Below are positions 1 through 10,797 of a DNA stretch of 64,000 nucleotides, piece after piece. The DNA lies in the NCBI GenBank assembly GCA_965206695.1, contig CBDBKM010000002.1, forward strand, positions 178,938-242,937, given 5' to 3'. The stretch's first letter is position 1. Each line of letters opens with the position of its first letter. Under the pieces are notes generated by a model, which saw nothing but the letters and a program-made list of their open reading frames with translations, did no database searches and was not told the DNA's origin. The position numbers and the translations under genes were made by a program. This DNA is from Chlamydiales bacterium. GTDB lineage: Bacteria; Chlamydiota; Chlamydiia; Chlamydiales; JAAZZY01.

Positions 1-8
1 AGGAATTA

Positions 9-1349
9 ATGAACCGAACGAGACCCTGTATCCTTTATCAAATCAAACGTTGCATTGCACCTTGTGTTAATAAATGTACGCAAAAAGAGTACGATTTAGA
101 AGTTAAGCGAACGATTCAATTTTTGCGCGGTCAAGATAAAGAAGTCTTTCAAAACCTTTATAAGAAAATGCAAAAAGCAAGTGATCAACTTGAATTTGAG
201 AAAGCTCGGGATATTTTTAAAACGATAAAAAAGATGGAAGACACTATTGAAAAACAAAGAGTTATTAAAGCAAATAATAAAGATATAGATGTTTTAAATC
301 TCTATCGTCAAGCAGATGAGATCGTTATTACAGCATTAGCCTTCCATGCAGGTAAATTAATTTCATCAGAAAGCCACGCCTTCAAAGATCTTTTTTTAGA
401 GGATAAGGAACTCATTGCTTCTTTCATTATGCAACACTATATAGCCAAAGAAATCCTTCCTCATGAAATTTTAACTCCTGTTTTAGTCGAATCCCCTAAA
501 TTACTCAGTGAGCTGATAAGCGATAAAAAAACTCGTCCGGCACATATTTATCGTCCCATAAAAGGTGATAACAAGGCATTACTTCATCTGGCTTATGAAA
601 ATGCTCGGGCCTATTTTAATAAAGATCGGGATATCAAAAAGACAAATGAAAAAATCTTACTTCAACTTCAAGAACGTTTAAAGCTAATGAATTATCCTGA
701 AAGAATCGAATGTTTTGACAATTCTCATACCGGTGGCTCTTCTCCGGTATCCGCAATGGTTTGTTATATTGACGGGATAAGGGATAAAAACCATACACGT
801 AAATTTCATATCCGAGGAAAGAGCCATGATATAGCCGCGATGCAAGAAGTCCTTTTTAGACAATATCAAAAAGCAACAGAGAAGAATGACTTTCCTGATC
901 TGGTCATTGTTGATGGAGGCAAAGCACAATTGAATATCGCCAAGCAAGTCTTTAACGAATTAAATATTGCTAATGTAGATGTCATTGGACTTGCTAAAGA
1001 CCGGGGACGTCATGATAAAGGCTGCACTTTAGAAAAGATCTATATCTCAGATAAAAAGGACCCTATCATCCTTCCCGGACATTCTCCCCTACTATTTTTT
1101 CTTCAACGTATTCGTGATGAAGCTCATAATACGGTTCTTAATTTTCATAAAACAAACCGCTCTAAAAAAATTATTACCACTAAACTTGATAATATTCCCG
1201 GTATAGGCCCGGTTAAGCGAAAAGCTCTATTACGCAACTTTGGCAGTTTAAAACGCATTAAAGAAGCTGATTTCGATGACTTACTCACTGTCAAAGGGAT
1301 AAGCAAAAAAAATGCTGAGCAAATTATTCAATTTGCAGCTTCGGATTAA
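9..1349 (+). CDS. uvrC: Excinuclease ABC subunit C (5'-truncated by window edge)
   Basis: RPC..YQIKRC.APC, UVR coil, RIECFDNSH, PDLVIVDGGKAQ, RDEAH and C-terminal HhH motifs. Confidence 0.97.
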   Translation: MNRTRPCILYQIKRCIAPCVNKCTQKEYDLEVKRTIQFLRGQDKEVFQNLYKKMQKASDQLEFEKARDIFKTIKKMEDTIEKQRVIKANNKDIDVLNLYRQADEIVITALAFHAGKLISSESHAFKDLFLEDKELIASFIMQHYIAKEILPHEILTPVLVESPKLLSELISDKKTRPAHIYRPIKGDNKALLHLAYENARAYFNKDRDIKKTNEKILLQLQERLKLMNYPERIECFDNSHTGGSSPVSAMVCYIDGIRDKNHTRKFHIRGKSHDIAAMQEVLFRQYQKATEKNDFPDLVIVDGGKAQLNIAKQVFNELNIANVDVIGLAKDRGRHDKGCTLEKIYISDKKDPIILPGHSPLLFFLQRIRDEAHNTVLNFHKTNRSKKIITTKLDNIPGIGPVKRKALLRNFGSLKRIKEADFDDLLTVKGISKKNAEQIIQFAASD

Positions 1350-1395
1350 CCACTTAACCCCTAACAACTTATTAACTAATATCAAAAATTAGCAC

Positions 1396-1424
1396 TTGAT
1401 TTTTAAATCAAAATATTCTATAAT
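1396..1424 (+). promoter_or_regulatory. Putative sigma66/70 promoter with palindrome over the -35 box
   Basis: TTGATT-17 nt-TATAAT; palindrome TTGATTTTTAAATCAA at 1396-1411. Confidence 0.5.
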
Positions 1425-1458
1425 GAATTTGTAAAGCAAAACCACATAGGTGTTAGTA

Positions 1459-1644
1459 ATGTCGAAAAAAGATTATAAAATAAAGAAAAGTAAAGCATTA
1501 ACTAAACAAAGAAAATTAGTTTTTGATCATAATATTGACAATACTCTTAACGGTTACAACAAAGATACTCTATCAAGCAATCATTTAATTAAAGAATCGA
1601 TTGAAGAAGATCTCAAAAATTTAGAAGATTTATATCAATCTTAG
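1459..1644 (+). CDS. Small hypothetical protein
   Basis: ORF downstream of good promoter; ATG at 1459 preferred to GTG at 1450. Confidence 0.4.
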   Translation: MSKKDYKIKKSKALTKQRKLVFDHNIDNTLNGYNKDTLSSNHLIKESIEEDLKNLEDLYQS

Positions 1645-1657
1645 GTTAGGCAATCAA

Positions 1658-2165
1658 TTACTTTGCATTATATACAGTAAAGAGATATTGTTTGTCATAA
1701 CCAAATAAATGTTTAAGACGAATACTTAGTCCCAATTCGATCCGTTCAAGGATTTTGATATGTTCGTCTAATGATTCATTTGGAAAATCAGCAATAATTT
1801 CTATTTTATTTTTTTCAATAGAGACTTCACTATAAATTTTATATTGAGGAAGTTCCGTTTTTAAATAATCTTGAACACATGTTGAGACTGCTTCAGGTGA
1901 AATAGATAATGTTCCTCTTTGCATCTCCAATTGATAATAATATTTTCCGGATAAAAAATGAAAAGCTAAAAATACAAAAAACACCTAATGCGACTAAGAC
2001 AAACCCGGTGATATGAAAAGAAAAGGGTTGGCTTATAACGATGTAAGCTATTGTCTGTAACAGATGAGGTACCCGGGGCAGCAAAAATACCACTACCCCA
2101 AGAAATATTATCAAAATAGCAAATAGCAAACTAATAAATGAAAAGAAGAGAAAAGAGGGACGCAT
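1658..2165 (-). pseudogene. Membrane protein next to Asp23 (AmaP-like anchor), split by frameshift
   Basis: Overlapping ORFs 1893-2165 (TM) and 1658-1984 join near an A6 run at ~1977-1982; could be a sequencing error. Confidence 0.55.
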
Positions 2166-2167
2166 CT

Positions 2168-2635
2168 TTAAAATTTGGTCGTATATTCATGTTCTGTTTC
2201 ATCAGCTAACATCATTGAAGAAGCCTCGGATAGATCGCTGCTTTCTTGCTCATCTCCACTTAGTAACATGTTTTTTATAATAACATGTACACATCCAACA
2301 TGTAAGCCTGTCAATGTGTTAATTTCTTCCGATACTTTATTTTGGATTTCGCTCGCTTTTTCAGGAATAGAAATGCCATAAGAAATATTAATTTCAACTT
2401 TTACATTGACAACCGGATTTTTATCTTCCTGTTCAACATAAATACCTTTAACTCTATCAACATTTCCTCTATTTAGAATAGCATCAATTAAATTGCCTTC
2501 AATTAAAGTGATACTTTCGATATTGGTAAGAACTTGTAAAACAATAGCTTGAAAAACACGGTTTTCAATATCTCGAACATAAGTGGTTTCAGGCAATTCA
2601 AATTCTTTGGTATCAACATTAGCTTGATCATCCAC
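2168..2635 (-). CDS. Asp23/Gls24 family envelope stress protein
   Basis: KGI.VE...V.VEINISYG.SIPEKA.EIQ.KV...I..LTGL.V..V.V pattern. Confidence 0.9.
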   Translation of the reverse strand: MDDQANVDTKEFELPETTYVRDIENRVFQAIVLQVLTNIESITLIEGNLIDAILNRGNVDRVKGIYVEQEDKNPVVNVKVEINISYGISIPEKASEIQNKVSEEINTLTGLHVGCVHVIIKNMLLSGDEQESSDLSEASSMMLADETEHEYTTKF

Positions 2636-2712
2636 AACTTAACCTCCTGTTTACTTTGAAAACAGCGATTATACTCTTTCTAAGAATTAACCTACAATGC
2701 TTCTTTAGATAT

Positions 2713-3618
2713 TAGACTTCTGTCGAAACTCATTGTGCCACCTCCAAATTGTAAATGCCGGCAATTAGATTAAAACGAAGAGCAAACCTTTTACGCCTAT
2801 TTCCGTAACGATCAGTTATAATCTTAAATCGCTTTAAACGGGCAATGACATGTTCATTGAGAACTCGTTCTTTGGAAAGCTGTCGATTGCGTTTCTTATC
2901 ATCTTTAGTCAATGGCTTCTTTTTACTTTTTTTCTTTGGCATTTGGGTCTTAGAGTGAATATCTTGTAGACCTTGATATCCGGTATCAGTCAACACATTT
3001 ATTTCCGGACGGATTTGTATTTTTGACTCTTTGAATAATCTGAAATCATGTAGCTTGCCATTCGAGAATGTCGTACAGATTACTTGTTGCGTCTTCTTGT
3101 TCACAACAACCTGAGTTTTTAGCGTATATTTTTTCTTTTTTCCTGAGTAAAAATACTTCTGTTTTTTTTGGGCCTTTCAATACGCGTTTCTGTTGCATCG
3201 ATTAAAATAACGTCATATTCAACATCGCTCTTTAGAAGAGCTTTGCGTCCGGGCAAAGAGAAATCAGGGTGCTTGATTAATGTATCCTCGACCCACCTTA
3301 CAGTTTTATAGGCAGTACTCTCACTAACACCGTAACTTTGACTCACATGGAAATAAGTCCCGTATTCTCGGATATATTCTAGAGTCATAAGCAGCATATC
3401 CTTTATGCTTAGTGTGTTCTTCCTAATACCTTTAACTTTTTTGAGTTTGTTCGATTCTTCTAAAATCAACTGCATCCTATCAAATGTAGCTTTCTTAATG
3501 CCCGTTAGCCGACGAAATTTTTCGTCGTCTAAACTTTTAACTGTTTCAAACTTCATGTTATCCTCACTTATTTTAACAAGAACATTATTATCAAAAAATT
3601 AGTTTCGAAAAAAGTCTA
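2713..3618 (-). mobile_element. IS5-family element; transposase in two ORFs (3119-3556, 2730-3104) joined by A8 frameshift site
   Basis: 18-bp imperfect IRs TAGACTTCTGTCGAAACT / AGTTTCGAAAAAAGTCTA; IDATE, DTGYQG, RVLNEHVIARLKRF motifs. Confidence 0.9.
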
Positions 3619-3639
3619 TTATAATATTTTGTTTAATTA

Positions 3640-3715
3640 CTCACCTTACGAACACACTCTCATAAAGAGAGCTTGATTCTGTAGCTTGCTTATTAAAAAG
3701 CGTGCGTAAGGTGAG
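3640..3715. mobile_element. 76-bp MITE with IS701-type ends
   Basis: IRs CTCACCTTACG / CGTAAGGTGAG match IS701 end at 15145; 7-bp TSD TTAATTA at 3633-3639 and 3716-3722. Confidence 0.85.
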
Positions 3716-3788
3716 TTAATTATGCATTGCAGAAATTATTAGTTCTTCATATCTTGAAAAAATATATAAAAAGAAGGAAAATGACTGT

Positions 3789-4250
3789 ATGAATCCACCA
3801 GATCTTTATTTAATTTCTTTTATAGCCTTGTTCGTTGGGGCGATTTGCTGTTTTGTTTCTAAGAAACGAGGTCGTAGACCCTTACTTTGGTTTTTCTTAG
3901 GATTTTCTTTCGGAATTTTAATGATACTTCTCCTTTATATCCTTCCAAATAAAAATAGGCTTACTCAGAAACCTGCATTTGTAGAATCCCGGTCAAATCC
4001 AATTTCCTATGCTCCGGAAAGCATGGTCGAAACGACAACTATTCATTTACCTCAAATTGAAGTAGGTGCTCATCCTTGGTACTATCTTGATGTGGAGGAT
4101 CAACAGTTAGGACCTGTAGATTTTTCTGTGTTAAAACAAGAATGGAAAAATGAAAAGATCACTGCTCAGTCATTTATATGGACTCAAGGAATGAATGATT
4201 GGCAACGAATAACAGATTTTAGTGACATTGAAAGAGATCTAGATGAATGA
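3789..4250 (+). CDS. Membrane protein with C-terminal GYF_2 (DUF4339) domain
   Basis: Two TM segments, WYY...QLGP.....L..........IW..GM.DW motif. Confidence 0.85.
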   Translation: MNPPDLYLISFIALFVGAICCFVSKKRGRRPLLWFFLGFSFGILMILLLYILPNKNRLTQKPAFVESRSNPISYAPESMVETTTIHLPQIEVGAHPWYYLDVEDQQLGPVDFSVLKQEWKNEKITAQSFIWTQGMNDWQRITDFSDIERDLDE

Positions 4251-4294
4251 TAACGCCCCTTTTGATTAAGAGGCATTGCGTAAGTAAAAAAGGA

Positions 4295-4600
4295 TTACCA
4301 GCTTGCTTTAAACACACCCGGAATCAAACCATCATTTGCCATATCTCTGAAGCAGATACGGGACATTTTAAACTTTCGTAAATAACCACGACATCTTCCG
4401 GTAAGCAAACAACGATTTCTAAGTCGCACAGGAGAGGAGTTCGGTGATAATTTATTCAATTTCATTCGAGCCTCTTGGCGCTCTTCTTCACTTTTATCAA
4501 GATTTTTAATAATCGCTTTTAGTTCTTGACGTTTTTCCCATTTCAGGCGAACAAGCCTTTCTCTTCGCTCTTGTTTGGCAATGGAAGAATTCTTGGCCAT
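4295..4600 (-). CDS. rpsN: 30S ribosomal protein S14
   Basis: [28 protein letters not shown]...G.IPGV.KASW. Confidence 0.98.
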   Translation of the reverse strand: MAKNSSIAKQERRERLVRLKWEKRQELKAIIKNLDKSEEERQEARMKLNKLSPNSSPVRLRNRCLLTGRCRGYLRKFKMSRICFRDMANDGLIPGVFKASW

Positions 4601-4616
4601 AGTCTATAACTCCTAT

Positions 4617-4754
4617 CTACTTTTTACGGGCAGGCCCTTTTTGACGCTGCTTACGATTTGGATCTTTCTTATTAATGACATAAAGACGACCGTTGCGACG
4701 TACAATTATATCCCCTTTTAATGGGTCAGCCTTTACCGATGCTTTGACTTTCAT
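4617..4754 (-). CDS. rpmJ: 50S ribosomal protein L36 (Zn-free type; not in ORF track)
   Basis: Manual translation [45 protein letters not shown]. Confidence 0.95.
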   Translation of the reverse strand: MKVKASVKADPLKGDIIVRRNGRLYVINKKDPNRKQRQKGPARKK

Positions 4755-4887
4755 ATTCTCAATCCGGTTATTAAATTTCTCAGTTACGTTTATAAAAGAT
4801 TTCGTAATTTAACTCAATTGATTTCCCATAAATTAACATTGACAATCATTACCTAAACATGAGAGCATTTATTACATTAAAAATTTT

Positions 4888-5764
4888 ATGACTACTACTA
4901 CTGAAGCAATAAAAGTTCCTAAATATAAAGACTTTATTTTAGGAGTGGGTCAATCTTTACCTCTCCTCATCGGGTATGCAACGATTGGCATTCCTTTTGG
5001 CATTTTAGCTTTTCAAATAGGGATGCCTCACAGGGCAATCATTTTCATGGGTGTTGGTATGCGTTTGTTCTTCCCAATGTCTAGCATTGAAGACTGCACG
5101 GATGCAGTCGACCCCCAAACTCGGTTACGACGGCAGAGGGTTTGAGAGGCAGCAACTGTTTGTTGGGCTATGCGATCGTTTCCTTTATTAAAACAACCTC
5201 TTGTGTTAGAGTATTATTGATTTTTAAATCTGATCCGCTGCGTGAGCGATAGAGTGCCTGTGGAATTGTAAATAATTCCTGAGCGTCGCCCAATATGGGT
5301 TAGCAAAGACGGAGCAGCGAAGAAGCAGGAAAAGAGCAGTGAGTCAAACACGATGTTTGGCGAGATCATAAGCTTCCAACACGAAAACTCTTATTGACAT
5401 GGGTAATACCGATGAAACATATTCTTTAAATATGCATAAGTATATCCGATATAGTTCTTTAACGATTCCCAATGTCTTAGGAACTAATATTGCGGCTCAC
5501 ATAGCGTTTGTATCGACTTATGCTATCGGAGCTTACATTGGTGAGGCCTTCACAGGGAATCTTAATTATCTAGCCGAAGCCATACCTGTAATAACCCTTC
5601 TAACTCTTCAAATAAGAAATTTAGAACATGTTATCTTGGCTATTTTGGCTTTCTTTTTCACAAGTCTGTTTATTAATTCCGAGTCCGGCAACTATATGGG
5701 AATTAAGAACCACCCCAAAAAGCTCAGAATGTGTAAAACGCTCCTAACAATTAATTTTTTATGA
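4888..5764 (+). pseudogene. AzlC-family branched-chain amino acid permease, interrupted and internally deleted
   Basis: N-term F..G...SLPLLIGY..IGIPFGILA...G; C-part RKLLLTW/GNTDETY; central AGAS/NLRH region absent, replaced by 330-bp insert. Confidence 0.75.
5052..5381. mobile_element. Foreign 330-bp insert with TGTTGG...CCAACA termini (solo-LTR-like or unknown MITE)
   Basis: About 46% GC by hand count, versus about one-third in flanks; short terminal IR; interrupts azlC; no TSD. Confidence 0.6.
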
Positions 5765-5836
5765 TTTTCAACCAAAAAAAAAATCTCTATTGCTATACTG
5801 TGGAACTAAAAAATTTTTCCTGCTGAAATTAAAACT

Positions 5837-7270
5837 ATGAAAGAAGATAAGATCCCTACCATTAAGCTTTTTAATACAGCTACCGGGGAAAAAGAAAATC
5901 TTAGCCCGATCGTTCCCGGTGAGATTAAAATGTATACTTGTGGACCGACAGTATATGATTACGCTCACATTGGTAACTTCCGTACTTATATTTTCGAAGA
6001 TATCTTACGTAGAACCTTAAAATTTTTTGGCTTCAAAGTCACTCAAGTTATGAATTTAACAGATGTTGATGATAAAACAATTAAAGGTGCTATAGCACAA
6101 GGCTACTCCTTAGATGAATATACCGATCAATATAAAAGAGCTTTTTTTGATGATATAAGCACACTAAATATTGAGACGGTAGAAGCTTATCCTGCTGCAA
6201 CCGATTATATCGACGATATGATTCGAATGATTGAAACGCTATTAAAAAAAAAGTACGCCTACAAAAGTAAGGATAATAGCATTTACTATAGTATTAAAAA
6301 ATTTCCTAAATATGGTTGTTTATCTCATCTAAATATGGATGATTTACAAGTCAATGCTTCCACAAGAATTTCCGGCGATGAATATGACAAAGAATACATT
6401 TCCGATTTTGTCTTATGGAAAAGTTATAATGAGCACAGAGATGGGGGCCTCTACTGGGATAGTCCTTTTGGGCCGGGACGTCCGGGGTGGCATTTAGAAT
6501 GCTCAACTATGGCAATGAAACTTTTAGGTGAAACCATCGACATACATGTCGGAGGAGTAGACAATATTTTTCCTCATCATGAAAACGAGATAGCTCAATC
6601 AGAAGCTTGTAGCGAAAAAACATTTGCTAACGTCTGGATGCATGCCGAACATCTCATTGTAGATGGGAAAAAAATGTCTAAAAGTTTAGGGAATTTTTAT
6701 ACTCTAAGGGATTTACTAGATCGCAAATACTCAAGTATGCAAGTACGTTATATGTTATTGCAAACTCATTATAAAACGCCTCTTAACTTTACTTTAGAGG
6801 GTCTAAAGGCTGCCGGACATGCTTTAGATCGACTCAATACCTTCATTGATCGAATGCTTAAAATCAAAACTCGAGAATCTTCTCATCAAGTTGATGATCT
6901 GATACGAAACACTAAACAACAATTTTTACATGCCTTATCTGATGACCTAAATATCTCTAGTGCATTAGCATCTATTTTTGATTTAATCCGAGCAATCAAT
7001 ACTTTATCGGATGCTAATCGGGTCAGCCAAGATGATGCTTTAGCTATACTCGATATTTTAAAATCTTTTAACTCTGTCTTAGGCGCTATGTCTTTTAAAT
7101 CTGTAACAGAAACCCTTCCTGAAGAAATTGAACAAGCGCTGCAAAAAAGGGAGAAGGCCAGAAAAGATAAAAACTGGGCTCTTTCTGATAAGCTAAGAGA
7201 TTATATTATCAACGAAGGCTATCATATTGAAGACACTCCAACCGGGACAGTTATAAAACCAAAAAATTAG
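5837..7270 (+). CDS. cysS: Cysteine--tRNA ligase
   Basis: CGPTVY, HIGN, GRPGWHLEC, KMSKS. Confidence 0.98.
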   Translation: MKEDKIPTIKLFNTATGEKENLSPIVPGEIKMYTCGPTVYDYAHIGNFRTYIFEDILRRTLKFFGFKVTQVMNLTDVDDKTIKGAIAQGYSLDEYTDQYKRAFFDDISTLNIETVEAYPAATDYIDDMIRMIETLLKKKYAYKSKDNSIYYSIKKFPKYGCLSHLNMDDLQVNASTRISGDEYDKEYISDFVLWKSYNEHRDGGLYWDSPFGPGRPGWHLECSTMAMKLLGETIDIHVGGVDNIFPHHENEIAQSEACSEKTFANVWMHAEHLIVDGKKMSKSLGNFYTLRDLLDRKYSSMQVRYMLLQTHYKTPLNFTLEGLKAAGHALDRLNTFIDRMLKIKTRESSHQVDDLIRNTKQQFLHALSDDLNISSALASIFDLIRAINTLSDANRVSQDDALAILDILKSFNSVLGAMSFKSVTETLPEEIEQALQKREKARKDKNWALSDKLRDYIINEGYHIEDTPTGTVIKPKN

Positions 7271-8896
7271 TTATCCTTTGGGTTTCATAAGAGGAAAATA
7301 TAAAACATCCCGAATGGAAATATTGTTTGTAAATAACATAACAATACGGTCAACTCCCATACCCATACCACCTGCCGGTGGCATACCTTGACAAAGAGCC
7401 TCAATAAAGTCTTCATCTAAAGGATGAGCTTCTTCATCACCTGATTCTTTTCTTTTGACCTGATCTTCAAAAAGCTTTCGTTGAATCACAGGATCATTCA
7501 ATTCCGTATAAGCATTGCAAATTTCATTTCCCAGAATATAACTTTCGAATCGTTCGACTATTCCATTATTTGCCTCATCAGGGTCTCTATGAGGCTTACA
7601 TAAAGGTGTTGTCTCGATAGGATGATCAATGACATGAACCGGTTGAATCAAGTGCTCTTCAACCTTGCTTTCAAATAGCAGGGAAATCATCAATCCTTTA
7701 GAAGCCGTCTTTATTAATTTTGGATCTTCTTCTCCGATTTCCGAAAGCAACTTCCTAAGTTCCTCAATATCCATTGCATCTACATCAATATTAGCATATT
7801 GCTTAATACCAAGTTTCATCGGCAAACGTGTCCAAGGCGCTTTCATATCAAGATTAATAATCTCATCATTAGAATTCTTAAAAGGAACAACTGTAGTCCC
7901 AAAAAGTTCTTTAGCTAATCTTTCGAAAAAGTTTTCAACAAAACACATCATATTATTGTAGTCCCAATAAGCAGCATAAGCCTCGACCTCTGTAAATTCC
8001 GGATTATGTGTCTTATCTATCCCTTCATTTCTAAATACTTTTCCAATTTCAAAAACTTTAGAAATTCCACCAACTAATAATTTTTTTAAATCGATCTCTA
8101 AAGAAATGCGTAAGAACATTTGTTGATGATCTAATGCATTCAAATGCGTTATAAAAGGTTTGGCATTGGCTCCACCGTAAATGTTTTGTAAGATAGGAGT
8201 TTCCACTTCTAAAAAACCTTCTTCCATGCAGTAGCTTCTTAAAATTGAAATAATATTTGAACGAGTAACAAAGGTATCCACAACTTCAGGTGTACTAATA
8301 AGATCTAGCCAACGTTTTCGATAACGTATTTCCTTATCTGCTAAACCACTATGCTTATCGGGTAAGGGTAATAATGCCTTACATAAGAGTGTGACTTTCT
8401 TAGCAAAAATAGTCAGCTCTCTTTTTTGAGTTCTAAAAAGGTTACCTTCAATACCAATGATATCTCCTAAATCTATTTTCTTTTCGATGAATTTAATGTG
8501 ATTTAACGGTTCTTCTGAGCGCGAGGGATCATAACTTTCAACAATAGTTTTATCACGATTGAACATCACCTGTATTCGAGCGGTTTCATCTTGAATATGT
8601 CCAAAAGCGTTTTTACCCATAGCTCTAAAAAGAATTAGGCGCCCGGCAACAATGACATTAGGAGTGTCGGCATTCGATGCATCTTCACTATTCCCTATGC
8701 TTTCTGATTCATATTCCTCGGCTAAAGATTTGGCTTGTTTCGTTGGAGTAAAATAATGGGGGTAAGGCTTGACCCCTAATGCTTGAATTTCTTTCAGCTT
8801 TTTTGAACGATTAATAAATTCTTCTTGTTTGTGATATTCAGGTAACTCAGACATATTTTCCTTTATAAAATAATCGGATTCTAATTTTGAAGGCAT
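7271..8896 (-). CDS. lysS: Lysine--tRNA ligase (class II); true start probably ATG at 8854
   Basis: OB fold, FRNEG, HNPEFT, GMPPAGG.G.GVDR. Confidence 0.98.
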   Translation of the reverse strand: MPSKLESDYFIKENMSELPEYHKQEEFINRSKKLKEIQALGVKPYPHYFTPTKQAKSLAEEYESESIGNSEDASNADTPNVIVAGRLILFRAMGKNAFGHIQDETARIQVMFNRDKTIVESYDPSRSEEPLNHIKFIEKKIDLGDIIGIEGNLFRTQKRELTIFAKKVTLLCKALLPLPDKHSGLADKEIRYRKRWLDLISTPEVVDTFVTRSNIISILRSYCMEEGFLEVETPILQNIYGGANAKPFITHLNALDHQQMFLRISLEIDLKKLLVGGISKVFEIGKVFRNEGIDKTHNPEFTEVEAYAAYWDYNNMMCFVENFFERLAKELFGTTVVPFKNSNDEIINLDMKAPWTRLPMKLGIKQYANIDVDAMDIEELRKLLSEIGEEDPKLIKTASKGLMISLLFESKVEEHLIQPVHVIDHPIETTPLCKPHRDPDEANNGIVERFESYILGNEICNAYTELNDPVIQRKLFEDQVKRKESGDEEAHPLDEDFIEALCQGMPPAGGMGMGVDRIVMLFTNNISIRDVLYFPLMKPKG

Positions 8897-8994
8897 TTTA
8901 CTTCTCTTGTTTTAATTAATCAATCTCATTAAAGAGTTCTTAAGAAGATTAGACTTGTTGCGAACTAACTTTTTAGAAGCGAACAGATGATTAA

Positions 8995-10180
8995 CCCGAA
9001 TATTTCATAAAAATCGAAAAAAAGAATGAGTATTTTTACTTAACTTGTTAAAGTATAGTTGCATTAAACATAACAAATAAGAAAAATATTCATGATAAAA
9101 TGTAACACAAAACAAATCAATTTTTCACCCATAAAATCTAAAAGAATAGAATATTCTTTTACCGGCGGTAACATTACAAGTGATGGTGGGGTTATTTTAC
9201 TGCGTCAAGTCGATAAAAAGCTAAAGCTGACTGAACAAGCAACCGATTGTATACCTGATAAACGCAATCCTAATTATGTGACATATAGCACACTCGAAAT
9301 GCTGCGTCAAAGAGTATATGGTATTGCTTTGGGTTATGAGGATTTAAACGATCATGATAAACTTAAAGATGACGGTGCTATTCAAACGGCAATTGATTTT
9401 GAACATCCTTTAGCAAGTAGTCCTATACTGTGCCGTTTTGAAAACCGAGCAGACAGAGAAGCCGCAGTTAAAATTAGTCGCATTTTAGTTGAATCATTTA
9501 AAAAACCTCCTCAAGAGCTTATTTTAGATTTTGATGCTACTGATTATCCCGTACATGGTAATCAGGAAGGGAAATTTTACCATGGATATTATAGAAAAGA
9601 CTGCTTCTTACCGCTGCATGTTTTTTGCGGTAGTCATTTGCTTGTCTCCTATCTTAGAAGAAGTAGTGAAGATCAGGCAAAACATTCTTGGACTGTTTTA
9701 TCTCTTTTAGTCAAAAGGCTACGACAGGTGTGGCCGGATTGTTCTATTATATTTCGTGCAGACAGCGGCTTTTGCAGGCATAAGATTTTTGATTGGTGTG
9801 AGAAAAACCAAGTTGATTTTGTTGTAGGTATCGCAGGAAATAAATGCTTAAAAAGAGAAATCACAGAAACAATGAATGAAGCAGAAAAACGTTTCAAGGA
9901 AACACAGGAAAAGCAGCGTTTATTTACTTCTTTTCTCTATGCTGCAAAGAGTTGAAAAAAAGAAAGAAGAATGATAGCTAAAGCAGAACATACTTCTAAA
10001 GGTGCCAATCCTCGATTTACCGTAACCTCTCTTACGAACGATCCGCAAAAAATTTATGATAAAAGTTATTGTGCAAGAGGAGATCCGGAAAACCGTATTA
10101 AAGAACAGTTACTCTTATTTTCGGATCGTACCTCCTGTCATAAATGGTGGCCTAATCAATTACGGCTTTTATTTTCTGCT
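8995..10180 (+). mobile_element. IS1380-family element copy A, defective
   Basis: Left end CCCGAATA; DFDATD, RADSGF, ENRIKE motifs; TGA at 9953-9955, 12-bp deletion relative to copy B, 3' truncated. Confidence 0.9.
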
Positions 10181-10412
10181 TATTGCACATCGAATCTCGC
10201 ATTGGTAAAAAGTGACAGAACCACGTCACTCCAACTTTAAGAAGAAGGCGTGTAAAATAGTTGGGGGTAAGGGGGAGGTGTGTCCTGCAATCATCTTATT
10301 TTTTGACAAACAGAGCATTTTCACTAATTTATCCTTTTTTCTAAAATTCAAGCCTCTTACGGAAAGTATCAATGAGTTTTAGGAAATATTCGGGTTAGAT
10401 GCTTTTATTAGA

Positions 10413-10727
10413 GTGCTTGTTGAACTTCGTACCTCTCAGATTAATGGCTGTGTATCTTGCATTAAGATGCATTCAGACGAAGCTAAAATAATTGGCATTA
10501 GTGAAGAAAAGCTTCAAGCATTACCGCACCGGTCTTCTTCTGATCTTTTTACAGATAAAGAAAAAGCTGCTTTTGGTTGGTGCGAAAAAGTCAATCACTT
10601 GGAAAAAGATCATACTGAAAGTATAGCTTCATTATCGGATCATTATTCCGATAGAGAAATCGTAGACTTAACTCTTTGTATCTCCCTTATGAACGCTTTA
10701 AATAGAATGGCCATCTTTTTAAGATAA
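10413..10727 (+). pseudogene. Carboxymuconolactone decarboxylase/AhpD-family protein, 5'-truncated
   Basis: LVELRTSQINGCVSCIKMH, MNALNR; N-terminus missing. Confidence 0.75.
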
Positions 10728-10797
10728 GTATTTTAATCTTGTCTGAGTATTGAAGAATTGATACATCTATTCTTTTCAATACCTATGAATGTAGTCA

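Noticed and set aside
1389..1415. TTAGCACT resembling a CIRCE/HrcA operator
   Set aside because: Only the left half is present; no GAGTGCTAA after 9 nt.
8950..8966. TAGACTTGTTGCGAACT similar to the IS5 IR
   Set aside because: Isolated end with no transposase; at most a scar cut by IS1380.
10181..10400. G-rich tract after IS1380 copy A, possibly the tail of another IS
   Set aside because: No IR partner or protein motif I could identify.
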